From Nageia nagi (lineage: Eukaryota > Plantae > Pinophyta): 64,000 nt of DNA. The DNA is taken from contig JBITNC010000001.1 in assembly GCA_050084985.1 (NCBI GenBank), positions 80,538,001 through 80,602,000 of the forward strand. The letters are read 5' to 3'. Below the pieces are notes generated by a model. That model searched no databases, was not told where the DNA came from, and worked only from the letters and a program-made list of their open reading frames with translations. Both the position numbers and the translations under genes were made by a program. Every line of letters starts with the position of its first letter. The stretch's first letter is position 1. This document shows positions 15,701 to 30,700 of the stretch, piece by piece.

Positions 15701-18700
15701 AACAACAAAGGCTTCATGAGAAACCTTGGGGTATCGATCCTTACAAGAGGAGTTCAGTAATGTGTTCTCACCTACTGTTGGGTTGCTTTCCTGTCTTGAT
15801 CATCTCGTGGTGATTGTCGAGTAAGAGGAAAAATTTCCTTCCCAACAGGTTCCAAAAAGAAAATGTTTCCATCATGAGGGTCTATTGCGGTGCTACTTTA
15901 TCAGGTACTAAGTTATGTATTCTAGTAATTTGAAGAATCACTTTCTTTTCATAGCTCAAGTGATTAAAATTGTAAGGGAAAACACAATGTACATAACATG
16001 TGATTTAATGAAGAGACCCCATGTTGCTTTGATAGTGTATTCATTACATGTGAAATTGTTAAGTTCGTGTGAAGAAAAGTTGCATATAAGTTTCTTGAAC
16101 TTGATAACCTTACCAATACTAATGTAATAAACATTATTAAAAAAAATTGTGGAGAACATGCAAAGAAAGAAAAATGTGTGCTTACAAAGGTCACTTTTGA
16201 GAAGTCTTTCATTGTTGGTGCCAACATCCAGCATGACAGGGAGTATCTGTGTATACATATGCCAATTATATTAGAGACAATATGATCACATCAATCACCT
16301 AATGAAGCTAGTTTGTAGATAAATTTCAAAGCAAATGGTCCACAGCAACTTCAAATCCAAAGCTTCCCTATACCAGAGTTGAATGCTCACCCATGCTTTT
16401 TGCAAGCATGCATCTGAAGGGGTAAAATGCTTATTTAACATAGCATGTACACAGACAATACTTACTTTTTGAGGATTAATTCCAGCAGCAGCCACATACA
16501 TATCAAGCTTCCCAATAGGTATAGCAATGCCCTGGACTCCTAGATCCCCAAGGCCTAATATTCTGCTTCCATCAGTTACAACAATCATATCCACCTGTCC
16601 TCCATAGAAATAAAATATATATATATATATATAAGCATTTCAATCAATTTTTGGCAAGAACTTTGTAAACAAGGTTCTAGAAAACAATAAAATAGTTTCC
16701 AAAGGCTATACAATTGACTTTGAGATAAAAAAAAAACACTTAGCAAATGTTGCTAGAAAATAAATTATTAGGAAATCTCCAAAACTGTTGTATACATGAT
16801 TACATGATTATTTCGAGTCAAATATTAATGTCAAGTAAAGATAGCTTCCTGGTGTTGCATTCTAATACCGTGGACACCATACTGAAATTATATAGATAAA
16901 GAGATACCAGTTGAAACTTCTTGAAGAACTAGACCACTTTAACTAGAATCTATCAATATTCAACTGCAAGAGCACTTTTAATATCAGATGAAAAATCTCA
17001 ATGGCAATTATAACGTTTGTTTATGGAGAGAAACTGTTGGAGATTGATCGACCCTAGGATTATGTATTTGTTCCATGCTCACATTGTTTATTTATTCCAT
17101 TTGCCTCATTTTTAGTCATATATCGCTAATAGTTTTTAAACTCATGTTATCTGTATTTATAATCTTGGAAAGTTGCATTCTCCAACTTGATTCACAGCTT
17201 GAAGCTACTACAGGGACAAGATATAGTATAAACCTTGCAGTAGAGAAATTAATCAAACTTGAGTGCACAAGCCAGGGACAAAATGTTATTAAAACAAATC
17301 AAAGCAGAAAGAAATATTGCATTGTGTGACATCCCCCATTGTACTTTTAGTAGGACCAGTCTGGTCATCTTGTATTATACTTATTTGATGTACTTGCATT
17401 ACATTATGTAACTTGGGATAGGAGACTTAATGGGTCAAATGGACCCCATTGTGAGCCCCAAGTGGGATGTCTCCGTCCTAAGTAGTAAATTAGGCATATA
17501 TTGCATTGGAGATCCCGAATTGTGAGAATCCCAAGGTACATTTATACATTAGGCTGATGGATGGCCACCAACATGCTAGCGCCACACTAGTGAGGGCCCC
17601 ATACCCTACGTTGGCTTATTAAGTGATCATGAACCCCACGTTGGCACTTTAAGTGATTGGGCCCCCCAAATACCCAACATTGGATTAGATGGGCCTAGGA
17701 TGACTCCTAGGTGAGTTCCGGACACAAGTAATGTATAAATAGACATTGGAGCTTCAGTATTGGACAGCCATTATTGATCATTACTACTACTTCAGTCTTT
17801 CAGATGCAAGTCTTAGGGGTGCCAAGCATACCATTCCTAGGTGGAGTGTCTAGAGGGTAGTCAGGCATTGGGATTCTGGTTATCTACGGCATTGGTGCGG
17901 CACCTTTGCCCATCGGGTGGCATCCCGAGGGTTTACTTCTACCATTCGGTCGGTTAGCCAAGTTTCAAGGAGGGCTCCTTCAATGGAGAGGATTCTGGAT
18001 CTGAGGGAGTGAATCTATCCCATGGTCCTACAATTGTTCAGTATTGAAGATTTCATAGTATTATGCCCTAGTTGGCTCCCTTGAGGCCAACGACTACCCA
18101 TTAGGCTTGGTATTGTATTAGCTATCATTGTATATCATTCGTATAGCCAGAGGGCATTTGAATCTCATGCTTATGTGTATTGCTTCATCTTATGCATGTG
18201 TTGGATCTTGATGGTTGTATGTGTTTGTGATTATCATTCAAAGGTATCTCAATGTGTTAGGGTTTGGATTATACTTGCATATGCTAGACGTTGGCATTTT
18301 GGGTATCTGAAAGTTTAATGTTAATGCTCTAACCCTGACGTTGCATGCTTGACGGTTTAAATGTGTATTGGATGCCCTAGACCTGACACTAGGGCTTGAT
18401 GATCCTGTATTGCTAGTTTGTGGCTGAGTTTTAATTTTGGATCATCACACACTGCTGACCAAACAGACAAAAAGGACCATAATTCCAAACTAAATGCCCA
18501 AATGGACGATGGAAGAGACAAATGTTACTTATGAAGGAGGAAAAAAAACCACCCCTTTGTCAATTAAGATTTAATTCTTTTTCAGCCTGACACAGAACAT
18601 ACTGCAATGTTTTCTTTCTTAATTTTGCCTAACACAGGATATACTGCAACATTTTCTTTGTTAATTTTCTCTTTATTATTGCTTTCATTGTATAAGGGAA

Positions 18701-21700
18701 AAAGTTGTAAACACAAGCAAATAGAAATGTGTGGTAACATACTCGACAAGAAACAACTAAAGCATTCTTACAGAACTTTCTGTGCAATCCATTTTCAGTG
18801 ACAGTTCTCTACTCAAATTAAGAATATGGAGCAGTTTGAACACACCTTCATTTTGGTGAAATTTAGTTGTAGTTTCCTGATACAACAAATACCATTGCAC
18901 AGTGCAGGAAATGTGTGAGAATTTACATATTCTTTTCTAGCAATTGTTTTAATTTTTCCAAGGGTGGACAGAGAACTGACATATGCATGCATGTGTGTGA
19001 AGCTTATAGATCCCATTTAAGGATATTTATGGAAATGTTGGATCGCTTAGGGTACCACTGTTTTATTTCTACAATCTCTTAAAAAAATTTTACAAGTAGA
19101 AGAAACAATCTACTTAATTTTCAAGATAAAGAATGAAAATCTTGTAAGTTTTAGCCAAGGAAAGACATATATTGCACATTTAAGTACAAACAAACATCAA
19201 TTGGTGGCGAAAAAAACTTTTTAGATACTACGCAGCCAGTTCAAATTGTCCATGGTGCCAGAAATTGTTGGATTTGTTTCGCAAACCTGCTCAGATGGCC
19301 AGTTGTAAATCATTGGAAGCATTTCCCCTTTATCCCTTGCAGAAAAATACATTCCACGTGGACGGCGGAAGAGACCACTATAGTTTTGGCAAACCAATCC
19401 AACTGTTGGAGTGTAGATTATTGGAGCAAATTCTTCAATTTGATCTATCAGAACCTGTCAAAGTTTAATAAAAGCTGTGAAATGTCAAGGATCTATCTAT
19501 ATTTCCAATGGTTTAAAACCCAATAGCAACAAAAAATTCTGAGTTTGAAAAGTGAGATCTGTGAATAGACTTCACATGCATGGCTGTCCAGACGACAGAC
19601 CAAGTTCAAACCTTGTAATACAGTGTTTCATTTCTGTCATGTAATCTATTCAGAATCCTCCACTTTGCTAGTGCAGTTGAATCAGCTGGACCATCTCGAG
19701 TGTTATGTTCTAATGATCGAAAAGAATCCACTGAATGAAACAATGCCAGAGTTAGCGATCAAAAATGTGTTACTGCATTTAGTGTTCGAGAGTAATTTTG
19801 ATGGTAAAAACATTTATTGCTGTACTTCATATATTTTAGGAGGTAGCAAAAAATTGCGACATACAAACATAAAAAACAAAAGGTGTGCACACACAAATTC
19901 ATAGGTCAAAAAAGAAATAACTTATTTTAATGCCTTCAAGTGACCAAAGTACTTTAGTGGGACTCAAAAGTGCATTATACCATGAACTCACAACAATGTT
20001 AAAAAAACTTGTTATAAACTCATGAAGAGCCCACCGAAAGCCGAATATCAAGGCTATCATTCAATATCAATTGCTAAAGGATAGATATGATCATCGACCA
20101 ATGTGAAGGACGGTGCAAGATCTTCTGATGTCCATTAGTGAACTAAGAGGACCAGGTTGGGCAATCCTCAGAGGGCATCAACAAAGTCCTCCGTCAACTC
20201 TCCTAACATCCAACGCTGATTATCCTCCAAATGCAGTAAAGAATCTGGTAATACATGTCTATTTCAGTTTCAACTACAGGCAATGGGGCAGGCAATGGGG
20301 GCTAGTATATGATCTTAGACTGAAGAGTGATATCTCTATCAAAACAAAATCTCCCAAGGAAGTGAATTCCACGGTGGTTTCTCATTGAAGGACATGCTCC
20401 TACATTTATGAAACATCACTGTGTGTGGCAACATTATCCAAAAAAAAAATTCTCACTACTACAAGAAATAGGCAAAAGAGGAAGATTATAAGGCTAGTAG
20501 TCTGTCAAGGATCATTCAATGCCTAATATCTAAGAGTGACAGCTCATTGCCCGTATAAGCAAATTTTTATAGACAAAATCATGAAGGAAATTAGCAAGCA
20601 ACAACTTGAGAATCTATATACACAATTATCTTCTACTAATGTCTTAAGTAAATACAACATCTAACAATAAAGTGCCCCTTCGCCTTCACTTCCTATAGAG
20701 GACATAGGAGAAAATATCTTTCACATCAGAGAATGTGGTGACAATCTCAACTTACAGCTGATGGGATCATTTTTTAATCTGACAAAGTGGTATTTTAAGG
20801 CTTTTTTCAAATAGAATTGAAGATGGTCAAAGAAGAATCTAATGCCATAAACAATACGAATACGAACTTGAAATGGGACACAATATTTGGATCATGAGAC
20901 AAGAGGTTGTGAAGGAGACAAGCAAAAGCATTATTTATGACCTCCAAGTAACCTGAAAATATCACTAATAGATATAGACCACAAGCTCTTTATTTATTAT
21001 CCTTTTAACTGTAACAGCCTCATTGCATTCCCTTGGAATGCCCCCTGAACCTTGGTCGATGATCATTACTAAACTTGTGCATGAGGCCCAAGTTGTTCAC
21101 AATTCTGGACTACGCTTTTGTTTTGATGAGTTCATCTACTTGAATTCATCCATTAAGACTTGAGCAACATATGCCTTTGTTACAGGTATTTAGTAGATGT
21201 TAGCCAAGCAACTTTCATACTATTTGAATCATCGATAGTACTTATTTTGTATGAGCAATTACAGATATATATATAGAGCATTTATCAAAATAAAGACTCT
21301 AAGTTCCTTATCAATACAATGTACACCATATAAACCAAAATAGAGAAAGTTAGTCTATGAAGATGGTGATGGATTGGAAAAGCAAAATGGTCTTACCAAC
21401 ACCATCTTCAACCTAAATTATTCATGGAAGCTAATCACATTCTAAAGCAAAGGGCTACATAAGGAAGAGTATTATTTCAAGACACTTGAGATTGCTTTTT
21501 AATTATCTAAAATGATTTTGTGTGTGATTTACTTGATCAATCCAAAATAGCAGTTTCATCAATTTTGGGATATTCTAGGCTTAGGCAAAATATTTGAAAT
21601 TAGCGTTATCTTATATGCACATTGCTTTAGTTGGGTTCACCTAGAATCTGATTTGTCGAACCTATATAAAGCAACCCCTACTTATTGTCATAAGACAAGA

Positions 21701-24700
21701 AAGAAAGCAATCACCTTCATCATGGCAACAAAATCATCAAGCTAAGGCATCTGCCCCTTTCACCTTGACTTGACAACTATATAGTCTACGCACAAGATCT
21801 GCAAAGCCACACAATCCAATGGCCATACTCACCAAAGAACTAACACTTTGGCACCTCGTCCCAAACTACCTAGTGCTCTATCACCACCATCTCAAAGCAC
21901 GAGCATTTTTGTCCAAACGTTTCATGACCTACATTGATCTGATTGCTCCAGAGTGTCTATGTGCCAATTCTAGCTTCATCCAAAGGTAGAATCATTTCAA
22001 AAAAAAAAATCATCTATTTGCATATAGGCTTCAGGTTCAACTCAAAGATCACGAGTTGTTCTCTAACAAGCATGCAATCCAAACCTCTCCAAAAAAGTCT
22101 TCTCTATATCTCCAACTATGCATATTGCTATAAATTTAGTTTTCATTTTGTTGACAAAAGAGATGTATATATTTTAGTATGTTGTCTTTTATTATTTTGT
22201 CTACAATATTTTTGGTATGAATGATCATCTTAATTATGGGAGACCCATTTTGGCAGCATATGTTGAGGATGGGAGTCGCTCAATGAACTTCAATTAGGCA
22301 GCGTTAAATTATGGTTTTCTTTGTCACCAAAAGATTAAGAGTGCAACAACCGATTTGCAATTCAATTCCCAGCCATTGATCGATTTTATTTTCCTATCTA
22401 CAAAACTTGGCTCTATGTAACTATTTAATTTAGTTAAAGTTATTAAATTCTAGTTACATTACACAATATATATAAAATAAAAAATAGCAATGAATGTATA
22501 ATAAGATAGGTTCATCCTCATTTACTAAGACAAATAAATATACATGATGGTGATAGTGGTTTTAAATTTTAATTATTTTTTAATTTATACTATTGATTAT
22601 TGTAATCATATAACATGTTTGCCCAAAGTATATTTTGAAAAGGCTTTTCAATAGTATGATTTTTCAAAAGAGACAAAAAATGGAAAATTATAAAAGATAA
22701 ATGCATGCAAAAGGTTGGAAGAAAAGGAAGCTTTCCATGTAATTAGGGTTTTCTTATACAACTCACTTTTTACAAATTAACAAGTTACCAAAGAGCCAAG
22801 TTTTATGGATAGTAAAATAAAATCAACCCATGATTGGGAATTGAATTGCAAATTGATTGTCATATTGTTAATCTCTAGGTGAAAAAGAAACCCATAATTT
22901 AGCACCAACTGATTGAAGTTCATCGAGTAGCTGTCATCCTCAACATATGCTGCCAAAATTGGTCTTCAGAGATGGCTTTGCAAGGGCCCCATTCTCTACA
23001 TATACCGCCAAATTAGGTCTTCCAAGATGGCTTCACTATCCAAAGAGAATAAAAATATATTGCAATCTTGAACAAGCTTTCTCTCCTTTCTTTATTGTGC
23101 ATGTTACTTTACAAGGTTTCCTTTCCAATCCACTTATGTACCATGTTTTCGTCCATCAAGCTTGGCCTCACCCACAAGCCAAAACTCATGTAAGAGCAAA
23201 CCCTTCCAACTCAGTCACATAATCTTCCCTCAAGCCCTCAAAGAAACTTCATGCCAAATCCAAATCCAATTAACTTGCATTGTACTCCTCTTCATTTGAA
23301 AGAACATGGCCAAAACAAAGAGTAGAGTTCCAAGGAAGAGCACAACTGGTACAAAAAGGTAGGACGATATGTGTGGAGATGGAAGTGCAACACCTGCATC
23401 GGCACTAATGGTGGCATAGACTTCAAGGACAAAACCTAACCACTTTAGGCCTGGAATTGATTCCCTCAGACAACCTTATGCTCAAAGATATGCATCTTAC
23501 AAGATGACTTCTTCACACAATTTAGATAGGTAAAACTTCATCAATTTGTATTACAGTTTAACCAAACTGTGGTATAGGTACTTCTCCATATGTATGGTTC
23601 ATTATTTTGAACTACAATAAGTTATTTTCTCTTTTCTGTTAATTATTTGGATATTCTAATATATTTGATTGTATTTCAGGTTGTAGGTGTTGGAATATTA
23701 CTATTGCTGTAATTTTTTACTCACTACTTTTTTGCAAGTGCCTAAAATTTGCACAAGTATTGTGAAAATGTCATAACAGCTAATTTCACAGTCTGGGTGA
23801 GAAGCAAATGAGAACTTTTCTCTTGACATTTCTCTGTTCCAGGAACTAGTTGCACAAACAATTGGCGCAAAAGCTGGTTATCCCAGACCTCCACTTTTTC
23901 AAATTCATCACTCAATTTCAATTTTCAGATTTGGAGGGTTTGGAAAGGGTTTGTGAAGAAACACGCTTAAATTTCAGTACAAAAGTATTGAAGTGTGGGA
24001 CAAGAAGGCTGAGATGTCAAAAAGCAAGAAGATATGTGCTCACTTGCAAAGGACAAATTGAGGACAGAGGGAAAAAAAAAACCAAAGGCATATGGTGATG
24101 CGATGTATTAGCCATTGGAAGGACAATTATATAGATGGTGGATGCCCACCAAAAAAATGAAAATCCCTTAGTTGAGAAACAAGTACAAGCAAGTGTTCAC
24201 TGTGTAGCAGTTAGCACCAATGCTAGTGTTTGCTAAGAACACTAGGTTATACTTCTAAGTCTTTGTGAACTCAACTACAGTGTGTAGAAGTCCATATTCA
24301 TTCTCATCGAGTGTGGATACAGATTCCACGTTTAGGTCAGAGCTCAAACGATATTAAGGCAAGGGAATTTCAAAATTAATGGAACACCTATGGAATGATA
24401 GAAAGTAAAGAAAGATATCAGATCCATCATATCTGTAGCACTAATTAGATCAAAAATCAGCTCATCAAGGTACAGGATAGTTGCAGGATACAAATTGTGT
24501 GTTTATGCAATGAAAAGTTTTATTGTATTTAGAAGTTGTGCAGTCAACTCCTGTTCAGGTTGCAATTGAAATTGCTGGTAGTGAATTGGAAAAAATGTTA
24601 GGAGTTTGAGGCATGTAACGATGGCCAAGATGAGTTGTGTTGCAAGAATAACCATCATGCCAACTGTTTGTGATGGTAGCCACTACGTCAACTACCCAGA

Positions 24701-27700
24701 GCATGTGATTGACTTGTTGAAGCAGAGAGTTGCTATGATTGGATAGATGTTGAGGATGTCATAGCATAATCAATAGCTATTTTCACAGTACACGTTACTA
24801 TGGACATTGGCATATGATGGGATAAAACATTACCTTTATATGCAGTGTCCCAAAGTGAAGAGTAAAGATAATGTTTATAAGGACAAAAGGCATACCCCAA
24901 TAGAAAAAAATTAATAAAGTACAAATAGTAATCATGTATATAAGAAACAAATGCAAGGCCCAATTTGAATCCCCATACTGATATAAATCACTTAAGTTTG
25001 TAAAATCATTCAAGAATTGAGGTTGGATTCACTCTATTTGTAAAAAATACATCAAACATGCCAGGACAAAAAGTAAAGAAACAAAAAGCATGACCAGCAC
25101 TCAATATGCCCCTAGCAGAAAAAAACTCAAAATTCATTAAGAGAATGAACAAATATATAGACATTGTGCCCGTGAAGAAATGCTTACAAAAGCGCTGGCA
25201 TTGCTGCTCAAATGAAATGATACGAGGTGGAAGAAGGCCACGAAGTCCAAGCCTGTCTCTTTCTGTCACTGGAAAAGCAGTTTCCTGCCCATTAATAGGA
25301 GGAGTTAAATACAAAAACATCCTTTACGAGAAAAATGGAGACAGTTCAGCATAGAACAGGAGGCCTTACAGTTTTCCTTCTTACATTATGGAATACAATC
25401 AAATTAGCGATCAACTTTCAAAGAGTCTGAATCCTTTCATATCTCCTAACACATTAGTTTTAAAGATTTGACATGGTGGGTAATAACCCCTTCATATACC
25501 CTTTGATCACAACCCTTTAAAAACAATAAATGATCTCATTTAACTAATCTGAACGTTTTTCTAATTTGGCCCTTTGGCTCAAAATTACGAAGAAAAGACT
25601 GGATGAATCATGCTAAACTGAATTCCCAGTCATCATCTTCTCTGCCTCTGGTTATTGTAGAATTTTTTAAACTGTGCCACTGTTCAAAAAAAACTGAAAA
25701 CATAAAACAGCCCATAGCAGTTTTATACAGTTGACTAGCTACATAGTACAGTCTAATACTATAAACTAGAAAAGGATGCTTGAAAAACAAACCACACCAA
25801 CATTTTACTTAACATGCCACAATACAAAAAAAGCAATATGATCAATACAAAGTATAAATACAAGCTGCAAAATCATGAGATAACATTGCTACTAAATATT
25901 ATGGTGGTAAAAACCCCAAAAGATTAGTGAAAGAGTATGAAGAAATGTCAAAGTTTTCTTACATTCAAGGAAAAATAGATTGTATGTAAACATGTGCCCT
26001 ATATGTTGATGTCTGGCCTTTCCTAGCCAATCAATCAAATTCTAAGTAGTTATGTATTTTGATGTCCTAAATTCCTAATAGATCAATGTTATTCTATATA
26101 GCAAGCTCTCTGAAGCGTTGATGATTCCTCCACCTGGTATTATATTGTGAATGAGCCAATACCTGGTATTATATTATATTGGACTAAGAACTGTGAAACG
26201 AATTCTTAGGGATCAGTTGACTTAGGCTTAAAGGATTTTACAACATAAAAGTTGTAAGCCGGGTGTGTTAAGTACCTCCAAAGTCGCCTACAGAGATACC
26301 CAAATCAGACATGAAAACCATGTAATGTACACACTCAAAGAGTCAACATAACCATCTTCCATATTAGATATAAGATGACCGAACCTATAATTGCTAAAAT
26401 TTACATAGAATGGTTTGATAAAAAAGCCTATACACTCCTGCATACCGGATTGGTGGATTAGATGTGTGGGCAACATTAACACAAACAGGCCACACAGGAA
26501 AAAACGCTAAAACAGATCCATAAAACACCTCAACACCTTTAGAAAAACATTCAATTCACAAAAGAAGTTGAAACTGGTGGCAACTATCTACAAGCCTCTT
26601 CACATGTACTTAACAGCCTAATGACTTGGGTGCCCATGATTTCAAACAACAGCTAGATAGGGAATGAGAAACTTTTCATAAATGTCCTCAAAGCAAATGA
26701 TTACTCATGAAAAGTGATCAACAATGCATCGCATAAAGTTGAGAAAGGATGAACTGATAGAGAACCAACCATGAGTCATATACCTCCCATATGTAAGGAG
26801 GACCTTGAAACAACTAGCTAAAATTATCAAAAGAGCACATATCAAAAAATTATTTCTACCTCAAAACTAGGAATGCATTTACATATGTCAAAATCATATT
26901 GAACTACATCAACACAAATACCTACCATATGTAAGAAGGATCATAAAACAAATAGATAAAATTCCCAAGAGAGCACATATCCAAAAAAAAAAATCTACCT
27001 AAAAACAAGGAATGCATTTACACGTCAAAATCATGTTCAACTACATCAACACAAACGAGTTTACAAAATCATGTATGAGTGTGTGTATCTGGTACATCAC
27101 GAAAACTGAAAGGCCTATACAAGCAAGACATAAAGAAGATTCTGTGTATTGGAACCACAAGGTTGCCAAATCAGCAATTGGGGAGTAAGTTAAAAAAAGC
27201 TAAGTGTTATACTTTCTTGAAAGAAGGATCAATTGGAAATCAAAATTCATCCTTGTAATGTTAATAGGCAATCACAACTGAACATTAATAAAGCCTAGTT
27301 CCCTATACTAGATATTATTTGCAATCAAAGGGAAACTTTTGGAACATAACTTTAAAAAATAGGAAGGATAAAATAAAATTGCACTTTAGCTATATAAAAA
27401 TAATTTTATTTAAGTGATTTCCTTTATATATGCAAAATATCATTTTAAGGTTCTTAAGTGAATTTCTGAAAATTAACAATACATTTATGCACATTCTCTT
27501 TTAAGGTTTTTACATGGGTCCACCTAGGTAAACTCAAAATCCAATTTGTGATTCCTTTATAAAGCACTCTCAAGTGCTTATCTCAAATATGATAAGACAA
27601 GAAAAATAACGCTCAATCATCAAGAATTTGTCACAGTTGAATTCCAAAGGCATCTAAGGAGCAAAAGCATGCCTCCAAAAAGAAAAGCAACTGAAACAAG

Positions 27701-30700
27701 CATCCAAGTCCCTAGCACCCAGGTGTGCAGGCGCACAATGCCCAACACTCTAGCATCACAAGCCAACCCATGGTCGAATCAAGTCATTTTGGAATGTCCA
27801 CACATTTGTTCTAGCATCATTCAAAGCAAAATTATCTTCAAAATTATCATTTTCAGAACCATCATTTTAAAATTATCTTCAAGATCATCATCTTTAAAAA
27901 GCTTCCAATCCTCCACCTTCCAAATAAGTTTTCTCTATATCTCTTTTTGTAGAACTGCATTATCCTATTGGCTAGTCCATATACTACATATTTGCTATAA
28001 AGCTACGTTCATTTCGTAGACAAATAAATGTGCATGATTTAATACGTTCTTCATTATTTTGTGTCTACAAAAAACAATTGATTGAAGACAATGAAAATAA
28101 AAGTTAAACTTGGTCTTCCCAAGGCCATTGTTTTTTTATAGTCAATATGTTTAGCATGGTTATATACAAAGTAGTCACAATCGGAATCAGATCGGAATCG
28201 TTTGGATGGAGGATTCAGATTAATTGAGAATGAGATTTGAATCAGCAAAAAAAGCGGAAAAAAAATCGAAAGAATTGTTGATATGCCATAAAGCTTCTTG
28301 TTAGGTTTAAAAGTAAAGTCAACATTTGACATCCTTTACACCTATTGGTTTGTAGGACCTATCAAGAGTTTTTAAAAACCACCAATGTAAGGGGTGGGAG
28401 TTGAACATGGGACCTTCAATATGGGTGCTTTCACACCTCATTTGTCTCCAAACTCCCCTAACAAGAGGTGATGTATTAGGAAACATGTTTGTGCATATAC
28501 TTCATTATTTATTAATCAAAAACAAAGATTATTTATTCAATGTAAATGATAGAAGAGACCTTAATAACCTTTACACCTATAGTGAGAGATAAATAATAGA
28601 AGAAAGTTGGCTCAAGTCAGCACCTAACCATATGCAACAGCTTATTAGTTGATACTGCCACTTATGTCTTGCTACCTAACCTTACTCGCAATATTTACTG
28701 GTCAAGATCAAAAATTTGTAATATGAATTGAGTATTTTGAATTTTCAGCACTACCCCATCAAATGCTCATTTACTCTATGTGCACTCATAGTCAAAAGTC
28801 TTGTCTTATTATAAAGCACTCAAAAAATACATTAAAGAAGTTAAATCCTACAGTTAATAAGAAATCAAAGGTTAGCTGCAGAGAATTGCTCAAATTCATC
28901 ACAGATGTAGTATGGTCCTATCCATAAGAATAAAAAGGTAGCTAAGCTTGTATCAACCTAAGTGAAATGCTGCTCAAATGTATACATTCTTATATGGTAC
29001 AGCTCCAATTCAGGTTCAAAATCATTGAAAAGATTACAATGAAATTATGGATGAAGAAGTTGAATTTCTTCTAGGTCCATGAATTCATTCTTGAGAGTGC
29101 CCTCTAACCATATTTAGTGATCTGCCCATGATGTCTCTAATTGTGTGTCATTAATAGCCATTAAAACAGTATCTAAAGCACCAAAAACAACCCAAGCATT
29201 GTCCTTTTCTTCCTCATAATGAATGACAGTCCACTCAACGTCCAATGTAGCCCTTAGTATATAGATAACAGCTTGCAAAAATACAAAAACAGTACCTTCA
29301 TCATATGCAATCCATAGTACATGGGAAACAGCTCCTACTCGCCATCCAAGTGCAGCCAACAAGGGTGGCTCATGTCTCCTGTAAAACTCAGCCACTAATG
29401 TTCCAAAATCAGTCATATACATCTCATCGACAGCTTCTTCATTTACTGCCCACTTAGTCAATACTTTGCCTTTTAAAGTTGGCACAACTACAGCCCAGAA
29501 TTTGGTGAGATTCGCAGCTTCTAAAGTTTTCAGTTATGGATAATCAGCAGTCACTAAGCCAACCTCCAGAATCTCAAGAGCAATCTCCTCATTCGCAGCG
29601 GTCCATATGTCCCCAAATGCAGTTCATATCTTCTTCATGACATTCCAACTGTGAGGAATTATAGCCTCTCTCATGTGCTCAGAGTCAAACAACAGGTCTG
29701 AAATGTTACCAATAACAGCACCCTTCTTCTTTCGTGATTCAGTCCATATTGAGCACAAAATGACAACAATCTTACTTTTCTTCAACACACCATTAACTGG
29801 AAAATCGAAATTGGCAAAGCTCTCACAAAAATCAGCGAGTGTAAAGCTCGAAATAGGGACATTGGGGCTGCAGATGTATAACTGAACCAAGTGCATGAAA
29901 TTTTGATCAAACCAGTCATCTCCAAAACCAACTTTGGGGTTTTCAGGGCCAAGGATCAATTTCCTCCATGATGGGCTACCATCCTTATTCTTGTCGTCTT
30001 AGCTGCCTATGAATGCCTCAATGGTGAAATTTCAGGAACATAATGGCCACAAAAATTAACAAGTGTACCTTCCTTCTTCTTCACGTTTTGGCTGCAAGTA
30101 AATGTGTTATAAAAAAATATGATGCCCTTCTTATGCTCAAATCCTTCAAGAGAAGCTATGGATTCCTGCAAACACACAAACAACCAAAGTGAGTTAAAAC
30201 AAGTTAGGCCATTGCACCATGTCATGTGCCAAGGATCCAAGTGGTTCCAAGGACCACCAAGTCTTTCATCATAGGCTACAACTATTCTTCCTTTCTCCTC
30301 TAAGGCTGATTTGAAAACCTTCAAGCTTTCATTTTCATTCCTCATGATCATCTTCAATCTTCTTAATCTCCCATTATGTGCTAACACACCCGGATCCCGT
30401 GGAGCTAGAAGACTATTGCAATTCACATGAAGAATTGATTTTTTCCACACATCACACTTTGAAACCAAAGACATGAAACTAGTATGTGCATACTCACAAG
30501 CTGATTGAAAACTTTTAACATTCACATCTACATCAAGCTTATTGTTCTTCACTACATTCTCAACAAACTGGGGTGATTGCATTTTGAAGGAAATATTTTG
30601 TAGTTCTACTTGACATACCTCATGTAATGATACAATAATTCATGATTTTCCTCCATCATTTTTGCATACCTCAATTTGTAATGGAACTACAATTGTTGAT

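Noticed and set aside
19950-24700. Possible LINE and other TE remnants in intron 2 (also near 10030-10600 and 26000-26760)
   Set aside because: Only faint similarity is visible by eye, and no boundaries or diagnostic motifs could be supported.
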